DNA from: Lingula anatina
Taxonomy: Eukaryota; Animalia; Brachiopoda
NCBI GenBank assembly: GCA_051362555.1
Contig: CM120645.1
Span: 1,364,001-1,428,000, forward strand
Reading direction: 5' to 3'
Length of the DNA: 64,000 bases
Part shown: positions 51,718 through 64,000 of the stretch, piece after piece
How positions within the stretch are numbered: the stretch's first letter is position 1
Layout of the letters: every line of letters begins with the position of its first letter
The notes under the pieces: model-generated
Databases searched by the model: none
What the model was told of the DNA's origin: nothing
What the model saw: the letters and a program-made list of their open reading frames with translations, nothing else
Program-made: the position numbers and the translations under genes

Positions 51718-52666
51718 AATTTTAATTAAATTATTATCAATTATGTCAAAAAGGCTTATCATAATTAAATCTATTACACAGGTTTTTACCTTAGGTACAA
51801 AGGTTCTAAAACACAATCTAAGAAGATCAGACAGAAAAGGTGGAAAGCAGGAAGATCCCTGGCTAGGGCCTTATGTAATAAAAGGAATATCACAAACTGG
51901 AGCGTACATCTTGCAAATAGAAGGAGGATGCACCCTTTAAGGTGCAGTCAGCGGCTCGAATTTGAAAATTTATCTGACAAATGAATGGGCCTACTTAAAT
52001 GAAAATAAATTTATAACAACTTCTTATTTGTGTTATTTTTCAGTATTAATTTTTGTTTTTTCATTCAGTTTGTGAACATCAAAATAATAAAGGTAACGGC
52101 AAAGGTCACTTTAATACATATATATTATTATTAATTATATGTAACATATATTTAAGTGCGAGATAAAAGTCAAATCGGACATAATGTCCTCGTATATATC
52201 AGGAAAACAGGTCCCATCCGGACTTGCATTCCTTGCAATGGGACTTACATTCCTTGTAAACTGATGTCCCACGGACGTTAATTCCTAGTAACGTATGTTC
52301 TAGGACATCCGTTCCTAGAAAAGCTAGACCAAGGATTTGCATTCCCAGGACTTGCATTACTAGGACTACAATTCCGTTCACACCGGGCAAGTTACAATAT
52401 ATTCCTCGTCTACAGACGACGGTCGTAAAGGTGTTGGTCAACTTGGCAAGATTGTGTTGAAATACTGCCAAAGTGCTGTCGGGCTAATAGTTACACTGCC
52501 GGTGGCCCATTAAAGGTTCACGGATGCTAGTCTTAATTCGACTTGTATGGTTTTTCATTTTTGGACATTTTTCACAATAGCGTTTTTCACTGTGGAAAAG
52601 CTCAGCTTAGTAGCTATAATGAGCCATTAACGATTGTATTTATTTATTTTTGTTTTGTTTTTGTAG

Positions 52667-54051
52667 ATGCCATTGAAACGGCTTGCTATTCATTTCCACG
52701 GAAACCTGGGGTTATGACCGTTTTCCCAGCATACAAAGCAAATGGACAGCATCCACCATTCATTGCAGTGCTAGTGAGCATAGAATTCTGTGAAGATAAG
52801 ATGGCAGAACATGATGGATTTGCTGTTAATTACTATTCATGGGACCTGCCAGATATGGAAGCCCAGAAGGCCTTCTTTTCAAAAGCAGCTGAAGACAACC
52901 CGATTCCACCCAGAACATCTATTGAAATTGGACAGGCCATACAAAAGTCTTCAGAACATCTTTTTAAAAACCACAGAAATCTGACAATAATTTCGGCATC
53001 TCCTGTTAAAGCGCAAGGAGGTGAAATAACATGTAAACCATGTATAGTATTATATTGTCGCGCAAAAGGTGTGGTCCCATTGGGTGATTCCCTGTTTCCA
53101 AAGTTAATTGAAGGTATTCCAGTAGATGTACGCGAAGGATTTGTTTCCTTGTCCATGCATAATAGTAGCCCACAAACCCCACAAAATGTGCACTTTGGCC
53201 AAAATACTACATTTTACTGTAACCCATTGAGGATGGGATGCAGTGTTGGACTGACAAAATCGAGTTTTACGGGTACCTTGGGAATGTTCGTACAACATGA
53301 GGGGACACCATGTTTCCTCACATGCTCCCATGTATTAGGCATCCCACCACCTGCCATAGAGGCTGAGGTCTGCCAACCGTCTGATGCAGATGTAAGGACA
53401 AACAACTACAACAAGCAAGATATTGCATCTAAAGCCAAAAGCAAAGTGTGTGGTGTAGTCAAAAAAGTTTACTTTGACAATTTTGAATATAATGGTAAAG
53501 AATATGGCATTGATGCAGCTCTTATCGAAGTCAAGCATAGAGATATCCATGCTGTACCAGCAGGGTTAACGCCTGAAACATTGCAAAATCTTAATCTTAG
53601 TGAAGATGAATTGTCCTTTAACAATGCGGAATGCATTGAACCAATGAACAATGAAACCAATACAGTTTTAAGCCCCAATGTAGTTGTGTACAAATGTGGT
53701 AGGACTGGTCTCACCCGTGGTTGTGTCAGTTTTGAAGGAGGCACTGCTTTCCAAACAAAAACTATAAAATTTAAGAAGGAGCAACCAGGTGGTACATTTA
53801 CATATCTTGAAAAAGAATTTCGAAATGTGGTCGAGGTGCGTGGTGTTGACTGCGTGTTTTCTGACGAGGGAGACTCTGGCGCTGCAGTATTCCTGTTAAA
53901 GGGACCAGATAGACATAAAAGCCCTCATCCAGTGGGAATGGTGGTGGCAAAGACCTCTTATCATTCTACTTTGATGTCACCCATTTGGCCAATTTTTGAA
54001 TGTTTTAACATCAAACTGGCAAGAATAGAGGAGGGAATGGAATGTGAGTGA
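52667..54051 (+). CDS. Terminal exon: Nal1-like trypsin-fold serine protease
   Basis: N-domain CIVLYCRAKG.VP.G...FP..IEG.PVDVREG, then GTLG.FV, FLTCSHV (His), GIDAALI (Asp), VYKCGRTGLTRG and FSDEGDSGA (Ser). A long polypyrimidine tract and tgtag give a phase-1 acceptor. Confidence 0.85.
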
Positions 54052-54199
54052 CATGGTTGAACCATAAAACAACATGGTAAAATGTGTAGACCATACCATA
54101 ATTATGGTTAAATTTAGACTTTATTTAATACTCATATTACCAATAATGATGTAGTTTTTGGCAGCAATACGTACATATAGACTTCGTTGACATAAAATT

Positions 54200-54502
54200 C
54201 TGAAAAGAAAAACGAGTTTTGTCAGAAGGTATATTTTTAAAAACGTTGTTTTATTGAAATGAAAAAAGTGAAAGTGATATATCTTAAAATAGTTCAATGG
54301 ATTATAAATTGAGGTGCCTGAAATTGGTTGATAACTGTGTTCAGCATGATGTCCCTTGTTAGTGGTGAGATTTATAAGTGACATACATGCGTACATAAAT
54401 ATAATAGACGAAGGCAACTTCACTGTGATGAGAACAGTAAGTGTTGCTTGGAATTGGTTTTATCCTATTTTTATTGCACTATTATATATACATGTATGCT
54501 AG

Positions 54503-54544
<42 letters not shown>

Positions 54545-56530
54545 ATTTAACAAAAATGTTAATCCAGTGTGTAAATGAGCATGCATACTGATGGATGAAT
54601 TATGGGTATTTAAATAGAGGCTTTAACTCGACTAATGGTAAAACAAGTTTTGTCAGAAGGTTTCTAAGTTATTTTAATGTGGTGAAAAAGTGAAACAACT
54701 AAAATTGATTCAATGGATTATCGAAAATGAGGTATATGAAATGTGCAGTTGATTACTGCAATTCGGCATGATATCCACTTTGGGGTTTAGAAGTGACAGT
54801 TCATGTAACATTGGCTGTCTTAAATCCGTATTTTTTCATTTCATTCATATGTGCTTTTTTATCAGTTATATCCGTTTTTTAAGTACATTAATCCTTAAAT
54901 AGTATTGTTCAAACGCACCCACATGTATAAAGGATAACGTATTATTCGCGGAAATTTAACCTTATTTACAATGTATAATCATACTGAAAGTCAGTCTATG
55001 TTCGGGTCTATTTACTGAGCTTGATTTGAGGGAATATACTACCTGCATATTGTGTGAATTATACGCAGTATGTGCCTCCTTTATTACATGTATGGGAAGA
55101 TACTGGGCTTAAACCTTAAACAGGTAAAAAGTAAATGTATTTACATACACTGTATATAAATATGAAACTGCAAGTCGATATTTTTATTTTATTTTATCTT
55201 ATAATATTAATATGTTTTTATTATCATTAGTCACAAAATATGGTTTATATCTTAAAACGTTTGACATAATTCATACCTGTATATACAATATTTTGGTAGG
55301 GGAAAGGCGGCGTGTAGTCCTAGGAAAGAAAGTCTGGGTTCCCATATGATAAGTAAAGGTTAGTTGTTAGTTGGGGGTATTGGAGTTAGAATAATTGGAC
55401 AAATGTCACCTGTACAAAGTAACGGGAAACGGACTACGGTTCCTAACGAACTTATCTTATTTTTATTGCTCTATCATACATACTTGTATGCTATCATCAT
55501 CATCATCATCATTATTATTATTATTATTATTATTCACAAAAATGTTAATCCAGCGTGTAAATGAGCATGCATACTGATGGATGAATTATGGGTATTTAAA
55601 TAGAGGCTTTAACTCGACTAATGGTAAAACAAGTTTTGTCAGAAGGTTTCCAAGTTGCTTTAATGTGGTGAAAAAGTGAAACAACTAAAAATGATTCAAT
55701 GGATTATCGAAAATGAGGTATATGAAATGTGCAGTCGATTACTGCAATTCGGCATGATATCCACTTTGGGGTTTAGAAGTGACAGTTCATGTAACATTGG
55801 CTGTCTTAGATCCGTATTTTTTTCATTTCATGCATATGTGCTTTTTTATCAGTTATATCCGTTTTTTAAGTGCATCAATCCTTAAATAGTATTGTTCAAA
55901 CGCACCCACATGTATAAAGGATAACGTATTATTCGCGGAAATTTAACCTTATTTACAATGTATAATCATACTAAAAGTCAGTCTATTTTCGGGTCTATTT
56001 ACTGAGCCTAACTTGAGGGATAATACTACCTGCATATTGTGTGAATCATACTCAGTCTGTGCCTCTTTTATTACCTGTATGGAACGATATTGGGCTACTT
56101 TAAACAGGTAAAAAGTAAATGTATTTACATACACTTTATATAAATATGAAATAGCATGTCGATATTGATATTTTTATTATATCTTATAATTTCAATATGT
56201 TTTTTTTTAATTCAACCATGATCAGAAGTTTGTATATATCTTATAAGTTTGACATTTATCTTACCTGTTCATACAACATTTTGCCAAGGGAAGGGCAGCA
56301 TAAGGATACAGATGATGTAATTAATATACGAGGGCACCTTAACTGTGATATGTACAGGAAATGTTGTTTGGGATTGGTTTTAACTTTTTTCATTACTCTA
56401 TCTTATTTACATGCCTTTTATTATTATTATTGTTATATTTAAAAAAACATTAACACGGTGTTTAAATGAACATATGAATTATGATGAATTATGAATATTT
56501 TAATGAAGGCTTAAACTCGACCAATGGCAG
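54200..56530. repeat. ~1-kb tandem duplication with degenerate partial copies on both sides
   Basis: aaaatgttaatccag.gtgtaaatgagcatgc at ~54553 and ~55538, each preceded by (ATT)n. Related pieces at ~54210 and ~56420. Confidence 0.85.
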
Positions 56531-57775
56531 TGTGTGAAAATTTTAGTGTGTTGGTAAAAAAAATGTACGGTAAAGAAGTTCTATATTACTTTGCGTGTCA
56601 GAACTATTTAGATTAAATATGGTTTCTTAAGAATATGTGTTAGCCAAAATCAGACTGAAGTGAGCGTATATTTTTATTTCAAAAAAGTTGTTGATGTCAT
56701 ACTATTATGTATATCTACCTGTATGTACACTTTTCGCTTCCAGGTAAGTAATTGTCACTGTGCTGATGATGTATTGAGCACAGGCTATGGAGTGAAAGTG
56801 CCTTTTTGGTTTCTTAGCGATTTTTATTACATGAGCTCGTATCGATAAAAAAATTAACGGCAAATAGTATTTGTTAAGATTTGACCACCAGTAACGTGAA
56901 AATTAACACTTAATTTCAGTGGCCCCTTATTTAATAATACCATTTTTAAATATGTTATCAAAATCTTAGGCACCAGATCCTTATTTAATCTTTGTCAATC
57001 ACTCACAAATTTTGGCGATATTATCTGCAGCTGTTATGGAGTTATTCACTGCACCAATTGTTATTTCACCCGATTTTGAACATTGAGGTTTTTGTTACAA
57101 ACTTAAGTGTACACGAATACTATCACAATGAAGAATTACATGTATAATCTCACAACTCTTATTTAGAACTTGTATTCACCTATGTGTGTTTGTTCTTATC
57201 AGTGTTGTCATTAACCCAAGAGTTGTTGTTTTCACATATCTGTTTAGTATCTGTACTATTGTGCTTTAATATTCCTATATTATAAATCTTTATTAGGTTT
57301 GAACATTGACGTTTTCGAATATATCAAATCGCATAATTCTTTAAGGATCTAATGTTGTCTTATTTTTGCTTTTTATTTTTTATTCATTTTAGAAAAAAAC
57401 GTTTATTGAATGATAGGAATGTTTTAGTGACTGCTTAAACTTGATACACAGCAGAACATTAAATTTTAGTATGTTAATGAAATATATTGTGAAATAAATT
57501 TTATGTGGCTTTATGTGTTTGTACTGGATATATTGATTTGGAAACTCCATCAGTTCCCAATTACGAGGGATTGCTATTTTGACGCTTTCTGGCTATTAAC
57601 ATGCATTAAATGTTTCTTTTAAAAAGAGAAAAGTAAAATAAAATTAAGTGATTCTGTCAATAGCAATAAACACTTATTTTTAGCGTGTTACACGTAATTA
57701 TCATTATTGTACCCATGTATGTCCATGCTCAGAGGAAATGGACATTTCTTCCACAGAGTATCCAACACAACTATA

Positions 57776-58937
57776 AACTAGACTGCAACTGGCTAAAGCC
57801 AGTGGCGGAGGATTCCCCTGCAAAATAGGTGTGGAAATGCTCTTACAAGGTCATGTGAAGGTCATGGGTTAAATTTGACCCCATTTTCTGAAAGGGCATG
57901 TGCGAATTGTGGGGGGGGGGGTCAACAAAACATCACTTTAGCCCACTTCAATATTTCTCCATGAAATAGCCAAATGATCTTGAAAATATGGGGCAAGGTC
58001 AAATCTGACATTTGATTTGGGGGTTTTGGGTATATGTGTGGGGTAGTTTACTAAGCATGCTTTGACCAAAAACCAGTGTTTCATGGAGAAATTGAGAAAG
58101 TCACTATTTCTTTGAAATAATTAATATTTAAAAATCTATATTAAAAAATCTAATCAGTCAAGTGTCAATATTATTAGCGACTGCACTGGCTAGATATCTG
58201 GGGCAACTTTTTACATCATCTTTGTGGCTCTGTGACATCTGGTTTACCCCCTGCCGAATGCCAACCACTTAGAGCATATCGTGCAATAAGTTGACCTTGA
58301 CCTGACCTACTTTTCTTAAAATTAGGTCATATGATATAGAATCATTGTGTGACCTCAACTTTGAAAGGATTTGTCAAAATGTTGAAAATTCTAGGAGATA
58401 TTGCATTTTGAAATTTGCAAAATTTTCACTTTAAAAGGCTTTGTGACCTTGAAAATTAGGTCAAGGTAAAAAAAAATGGATGGACCGGAATAACTTTTCA
58501 TAGGCTATCAGTATGAATTTTTTCAGAATTTTAGAAAGAAATTTTTTGACGAAAAATAATAATAACTAGACTGCAACTGGCTAAAGCCAGTGGCGGAGGA
58601 TTCCCCTGCAGAATAGGTGTGGAAATGCTTTTACAAGGTCATGTGAAGGTCATGGGTTAAATTTGACCCCATATTCTGAAAGAGCATGTGCGAATTGGGG
58701 GGGGGGTCAACAAAACATCACTTTTAGCCCACTTCAATATTTCTCCATGAAATAGCCAAATGACCTTGAAAATGAGGGTCAAGGTCAAATTTGACATTTG
58801 ATTTGGGGTTTTTGGGTATATGTTTGGGACAGTTTACTATAGCATGCTTTGACCAAAAACCAGTGTTTCATGGAGAAACTGCCAATCTCAAGATTTCTGC
58901 AATGTCATAAATATTTAAAAATCTATATTAAAAAAAG
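57776..58937 (+). repeat. Unclassified tandem element (~790-bp unit plus a partial copy), rich in TGACCTTGA
   Basis: aactagactgcaactggctaaagccagtggcggaggattcccctgc at ~57776 and ~58564. Confidence 0.85.
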
Positions 58938-59029
58938 TAGTTAAGCAGTCGCTACCAAAGTATGGCTAACCTTAGATAAATATATAGGGCATCATTTGCC
59001 ACTATGATTGAGGCTCTGGGCCTGAGAAA

Positions 59030-59734
59030 TTGGGATATCTGCACCTCTCACAAGCATGTGTTAATTATAACATCCCTATCCTCCAACAGATGGTGTCCTT
59101 GAAGTACATTAACATACTACCGGAATGTGTGGTATCACCGAAAGTTCCACCTATACTGGGAAAACTGCCTGGTATACGTCACGATTTGATTTGTATAAAT
59201 CTTTACTCATATCTCGGTGTTGAGGGTGTAAAACTTCTGTCGAGTAATCTTCATCATGTACCAGTATTGGAAGAACTGGTGCTGGAACGGGTATTCAAGA
59301 AAGGAATCATTTTTAGTTCTCACTTGCAGGGACTTAGTGCAAATATGTTCGAATACTATAAAATTGATGCGATAGAAGATGATAAAGACGTGTATCAAGC
59401 TGTACTTGAACTGAGCTATGGTGTCAAACACACCACCAAATTGAAATACTTCTCAATCAACCGCAATCAGTTGGGTCGGTACCATGGTATCACCAGTCCA
59501 CTCACAGCGTTAGTACGGTCCCTCAGAACAGTGTCCAAAAAGACCAGAATGAGGATTGGAATGAGAGATAATGACCTTGGCAGAGTTGACCGCCTCAATG
59601 AGCTAATAAAGAGCATTAAGAGCACCTTCAAGTATGTTTGCAGTTGGGGCATAACGTTTAATGGTATTACATATGATGACCTACTAGTACAGATGTCCGA
59701 CTTCGACAAATGTGCAGTGGGTGCTGATTGGTGA
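59030..59734 (+). pseudogene. NLR-type LRR-like terminal exon, open for 234 aa but damaged at its 5' end
   Basis: LGVEGVKLLSSNLHHVPVLEELVL, LKYFSINRNQLG, MRDNDLG and ITFNGI repeats. In-frame stops immediately upstream and a repeat insertion. Confidence 0.7.
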
Positions 59735-59737
59735 TTA

Positions 59738-60055
59738 CCCGCAAGAAAACGCAGTAGATACTCCAGCGCAGTAGACTACTGCAATCATACCGCAAACCTC
59801 AGTAGACAACTGCAATCATACTGCAAACATGCTTCAAATCTGCTTCGATTTGGGAGCTAATTAGCATATTTGAAACATGCTTCTATCATGCTGCTAATCT
59901 ACTGCGTTAATGCTCCTCTCTGTACAAACCTTTGTACTTTTTGGAGTAGAATTGCAGTAGGCTATGCTGCATTTCTACTGCAAATATGCTCCACACCACT
60001 ACTGCGTTAATGCTTTTTTGCTACTTCGATACTGCATTTTCGCATTTCTCGCGGG
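59738..60055. mobile_element. CACTA-like MITE
   Basis: TA|CCCGCAAGAAA...TTTCTCGCGGG|TA with gcagta/tactgc subterminal repeats. Confidence 0.8.
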
Positions 60056-60597
60056 TAGAATAGAACTTAATGACCTTCTTCTTCTCGAATTGTCTTTATT
60101 TATCAATTATTAAGCACGCATGACTGAAATTGAATAAAAGGTATATTATCACGTACAAGTATCCAGAAATAATAGCCTTATATAATAACCTTGATACAGT
60201 AATACCTTGACCTGTATTAACGTTTAGTGTTCTTTCCTCATAAGTCTGATTATTAATCAATTATTATGCAGGCATGTCTAAAGTAAATTAAAATATGTAT
60301 AATCACATCCTGAAATAATTGTCTTATGTAATAACCTTGATAATACCTTGACCTGTATTAACGTTTGGTGTTCTTTCCTGATAGGATCAGTCAGAGGGTG
60401 GCAAGGTGGGGCCAACAGATTTCAACCAAATTTAGTGTACGGTTACACACATAGAAGAAGGCAATAACCCTTAAAGAAATCATTAGATTTAGCAATAATC
60501 TTCTCATTTATCCTCGCCTTTGGGCTATTTAAAACAGTTAATTAAGATATTTTCTTCATCTTTTGGTGTGTTGCATTTCTTATAGGGTTAGTTTATG

Positions 60598-60600
60598 TTT

Positions 60601-60651
<51 letters not shown>

Positions 60652-60682
60652 TTGATTTATGTTTTTATTTATTTATTTATTT
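60598..60682. repeat. (TTTA)n microsatellite
   Basis: Direct reading. Confidence 0.9.
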
Positions 60683-61140
60683 TTGAAAAAGAAAGAATGA
60701 AAGAGAAATAGAAAAAGAGCACTAGCGAAAAAAATTAGCTAATTGTCTTGGTATACATGAACAAGGTAATCAGTGATTTTCTGATGCTGAAGGGCCACCA
60801 CGTAGAGGTTGTATTTCAAAATTCCCAGTGATTTCTGGGATTACGTATATTATTTAGACCATGGGTGCTATCATCATTTTTAATTTTCCAACTGAGCATA
60901 ATCGTGGATGTTTCATTCCTGCATATAAGTCAAAGTTTAATGAAAGTTAAAAACTTGATATAAACATCATGACTCAACTCCCCATATTACATCCTTGATA
61001 CAACTATATACACATTTATTCTAACTGAATATTGCAGAGTCGAAACTACACTGACACAAGCCAGCTTATTTAAAATATTTTTTTAAAAATAAAATTTTTG
61101 ATTTGCGCAATGAATTTCCTCGTGTGAGAGTTGTGGAATA

Positions 61141-61383
61141 AGGGTTCATTCCCATTGAAACTAAAGGTCTGCGTAGAATGATCCAGCTCCGCGGGATCTC
61201 TTGCTGAATGCAATCAGTTGAACACGCCTCCACTTGTTTCCAATAATCACCAGCTTTTCTGTATTCTATTCAACAGAAGGAGGTGTGTTAATCTGCTGAT
61301 TTGATAGCATTCAACCAGAGTCCCTGCGGAGTTGAATCGATCTAAGTAGACTGATACATGTAGTTTCTATAGGATTGAACCCT
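61141..61383. mobile_element. Small palindromic MITE
   Basis: agggttcattcccattgaaacta and tagtttctataggattgaaccct form imperfect inverted arms that extend inward. Confidence 0.65.
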
Positions 61384-62832
61384 GAGAAACCCCTTTGTTT
61401 CCCGGCAAGTACGTGCAAAAAGATAATAATCTATACCCATGTAGAGTTGTCGACCTACTGTTGACAGTAAGATACTGCTCTCACTGCGGTTACTTAATAA
61501 CATGACTTTATTACTAACAGAACTCTACCGACCACCGTCTAATGGATATTACAGCTTCCATACACAGCACCACTGCTGTATACACATATAGTATACATAC
61601 ACTTACAGCCAGACGGTTGTGTTTCCAACCACAACGGGTTTCAAATTAAATGATGTATTCATTGATAACATATCCAACTAATTAAATACTATATCATATA
61701 TTCAAGGGTGCAAGCGGCAGTACAGTACCAGGTACATGTAGTCGCAGTAAGCACGGCAGGTATCTAAATGAGCAGTAATCCTCTGCTAGCAATAATTGTC
61801 ACAGAGAAGTGCCCCTATTCCATACTGACTACGAATTCCACGAACTGCCACGAATCGGTAATTTTTAGAAATCAAGAGAAATCGTGGAATTTTGCTTATT
61901 TTTGGCAGAAATCTTGTCCCCGCTCGGGCTTCATTTCCAAAATTTATGTTCAACATATAGCAACCATAGTATTTGCCCTAGAACTGAAATATGGACATCA
62001 CCTAGTGATAAATAGAAGACAAGTTCGAATTTTTTTGTGCCGAGTTCAGGATCTCTCAAGTATTGCAAGAACTGATTGAGGATAAAAAGAATCAGAGCTT
62101 AAATAATCCATCACAATTAAACAAAGAACCCTGGGATCTATCAAGTAAGAGACGCGACGGCGCCTCTTAGGATGCTTTAGCGCAAGTACTCGTGACCCTT
62201 GCCCCGTCTCTTAAAGCTAAGTAAAATTTCAGTAGTGTCATATAGGTATATGTTTTATTTTAATAGCATAAGTAATGGCCACATTAAAAAAGGATGGGGG
62301 TTGACTGGAGAAAAATAGCAGTGGGAATAAAGCTGGTTGGACATATGCGACTCGTTGTTTGCCTCTACTCGATAGACGAACAGAATATTGAACCTTACGC
62401 AGTGTGTAATGACAGAGAGATCTCTGTAATTGCCCTCAGTTGTTTACTTCTGAAAACCACTAGAGCAAACAGTGAAATTTAGTACAATTGAGAACTATGA
62501 TTTAGCTAGTCAAAATTCTAATTTCAAGAGGGGGATATTGGTGTGACATATTTTTCAGACAGCTGTAATAGGTGTCGGTGTACAGTGGTAATAGCTAGTC
62601 CACTATAAGTGCAACATACAAGTCTCAAAGCTGGCTGGAAACCCTTTAAAACTTTTAGTTGTTTGTTTGTTTACATTGTATATAATGGAGTACTATCTTG
62701 AGTTTAAATAACTATGAATATTCTTATTTTTATCATTACTAATACTATCCGACTGTGCTATTATGTCAATGTATTTATACAACTCTTCATGGATTGCCAA
62801 ATCATTTAATTAGAGATCATTATAATTCCATA

Positions 62833-62839
<7 letters not shown>

Positions 62840-62902
<63 letters not shown>

Positions 62903-62905
62903 TAT
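62840..62905. repeat. (TA)n microsatellite
   Basis: Direct reading. Confidence 0.95.
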
Positions 62906-64000
62906 GAAGGGATTTTTAAGTCTTTTTTTTACTTTATTTTCGTGTTATGTACGATTCACCTTCCTTTTCGAAGAATTCACCGCACATGACAAAACATGGT
63001 TTCTAATTGGATCACCAAGATCAACAGGTTGTCAGCTTGTTATCGACTTGTTAAGGGGTAAATTAGCTGTCTGGCGGGAGAAGTGCGCACGGTACCCGTG
63101 GGTGACGTGCTACGAAATCATTAGTGCTATATATGTATGGTGATAACAAGTTTTCTGTGAAGAAAAATGTCGGAAATATCTCAAACTTTTGACGCGTGTT
63201 TACCTACTACTTGTACAGCGGTCGTGCTTGTGTGGATAATGATCTACGAAAAATAAGTTTGAGTTTCGAAACAGAAATGTCGGCAACATTTCTGCAGTAA
63301 TTCTTATGAATATTGATTGGAAACGTGCAAATTCAGCTCCATCAACCACTTTACCATTTTCGACACCTGCAAAATTTAATTCTAAGTCAGCAACATTGTA
63401 GAATACAATCAGTTGTTATTAAGATATATGCCTTTTTTATTTTTGATCTGACAATATTTATACAGTAATGATCACTGTCACCTCCATCAATTAAAGAATC
63501 TTAAAACAAAAACTTAAGAAACCCCACCAAAGTAACGAATTATGAAACAAAATCTCCCAATTTAAATGTATACTAATACTCTCAAAAATTTGCATATGCA
63601 TCTTAATTCGAAAATTCAAATTAATTACAATTAAATCGAGGACCCAAAATATAGATCCTAGATTTAATCTACGATAATGTATACTAAGTCAGCTCTGACG
63701 AGTCTTGTACATGACATGAGGTTCATTTTGTGAGTTCTGCAAATACATTTTAGTTTGTTTTTTTACTTATCATCAAGATGCTCTTTATCGACGACTTGTG
63801 TGAAGTTGAAATACTGGGATTTTCACATTACATGATAAATATGTATTTGAACTCACAAAACAAAACCACTGGAATTTAAAGTAAAAAAATTGAAATAGAA
63901 ATGTAGATAACATTTAATTATTGATTATATATTGACGTTATGATGGTTTATGGTATCTGACCACAACTGTTTTCATCTTTTGTTTTATGTTTGATCCATA

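Larger units (their letters stand above)
45450..52382 (+). mobile_element. Ginger1-type DNA transposon with an intron-containing Gypsy-like integrase pseudogene
   Basis: Spliced pieces: RVIRRT (~46070), LHASPIG/GHEGWGKT..FFWP..CDICQR (HHCC), rve core (TDQGREFNN, TAYHPQCNG, ERFNQT, FAYNTS.H.ST.FSPFYLMFG), NIRKAQ..KRYD and RKGGK..WLGPY. Stops and frameshifts are present. The right end ...ATTCCGTTCACA is followed by CCGG. The left boundary is approximate. Confidence 0.85.

Noticed and set aside
44272-52513. TTAA-AGG start at 44272 as a Kolobok-like element enclosing the Ginger
   Set aside because: I could not find a convincing matching right TIR.
52543-52666. First 41 aa of the 502-aa ORF, including a hydrophobic stretch resembling a signal or TM segment
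   Set aside because: It starts at TTG, and the hydrophobic part is the translated polypyrimidine tract of the splice acceptor.
60400-64000. Small ORFs in the last 3.6 kb
   Set aside because: They are short, have no motifs or convincing splice context, and look like ordinary repeat-rich intergenic DNA.

Overview
AT-rich, intron-containing eukaryotic DNA that looks like a marine invertebrate. It is a transposon-dense innate-immune locus. Main content: (1) A phase-consistent 5-exon gene on the + strand (39206-39689, 39907-39975, 41537-41574, 42602-44249, 52667-54051; 3624 nt, 1207 aa). It encodes a DZIP3-type HEPN-like domain, an intact NACHT/STAND NTPase and, where LRRs would normally sit, a Nal1-like trypsin-fold serine protease with an intact H/D/S triad. 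An LRR-like exon lies orphaned and damaged further downstream (~57.76-59.73 kb). (2) A 4.3-kb Polinton/Maverick (adintovirus-like) fragment at ~11.2-15.5 kb. Its minor capsid, core-like, major capsid and adenain protease ORFs are intact, its integrase is N-terminally truncated, and it has no TIRs, pPolB or ATPase. It abuts, and probably interrupts, a paralogous LRR exon. (3) Decayed minus-strand coiled-coil and LRR exons at 0.7-5.3 kb. (4) Many nested mobile elements: a Harbinger-like MITE hit by three unrelated transposons, a tandem Kolobok-like dimer, two copies of an element with a 5-bp TSD, CACTA-like MITEs, an intron-containing Ginger1 integrase, two Penelope-like fragments and an RTE LINE tail. 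Family assignments come from motif recognition by eye, with no database search.
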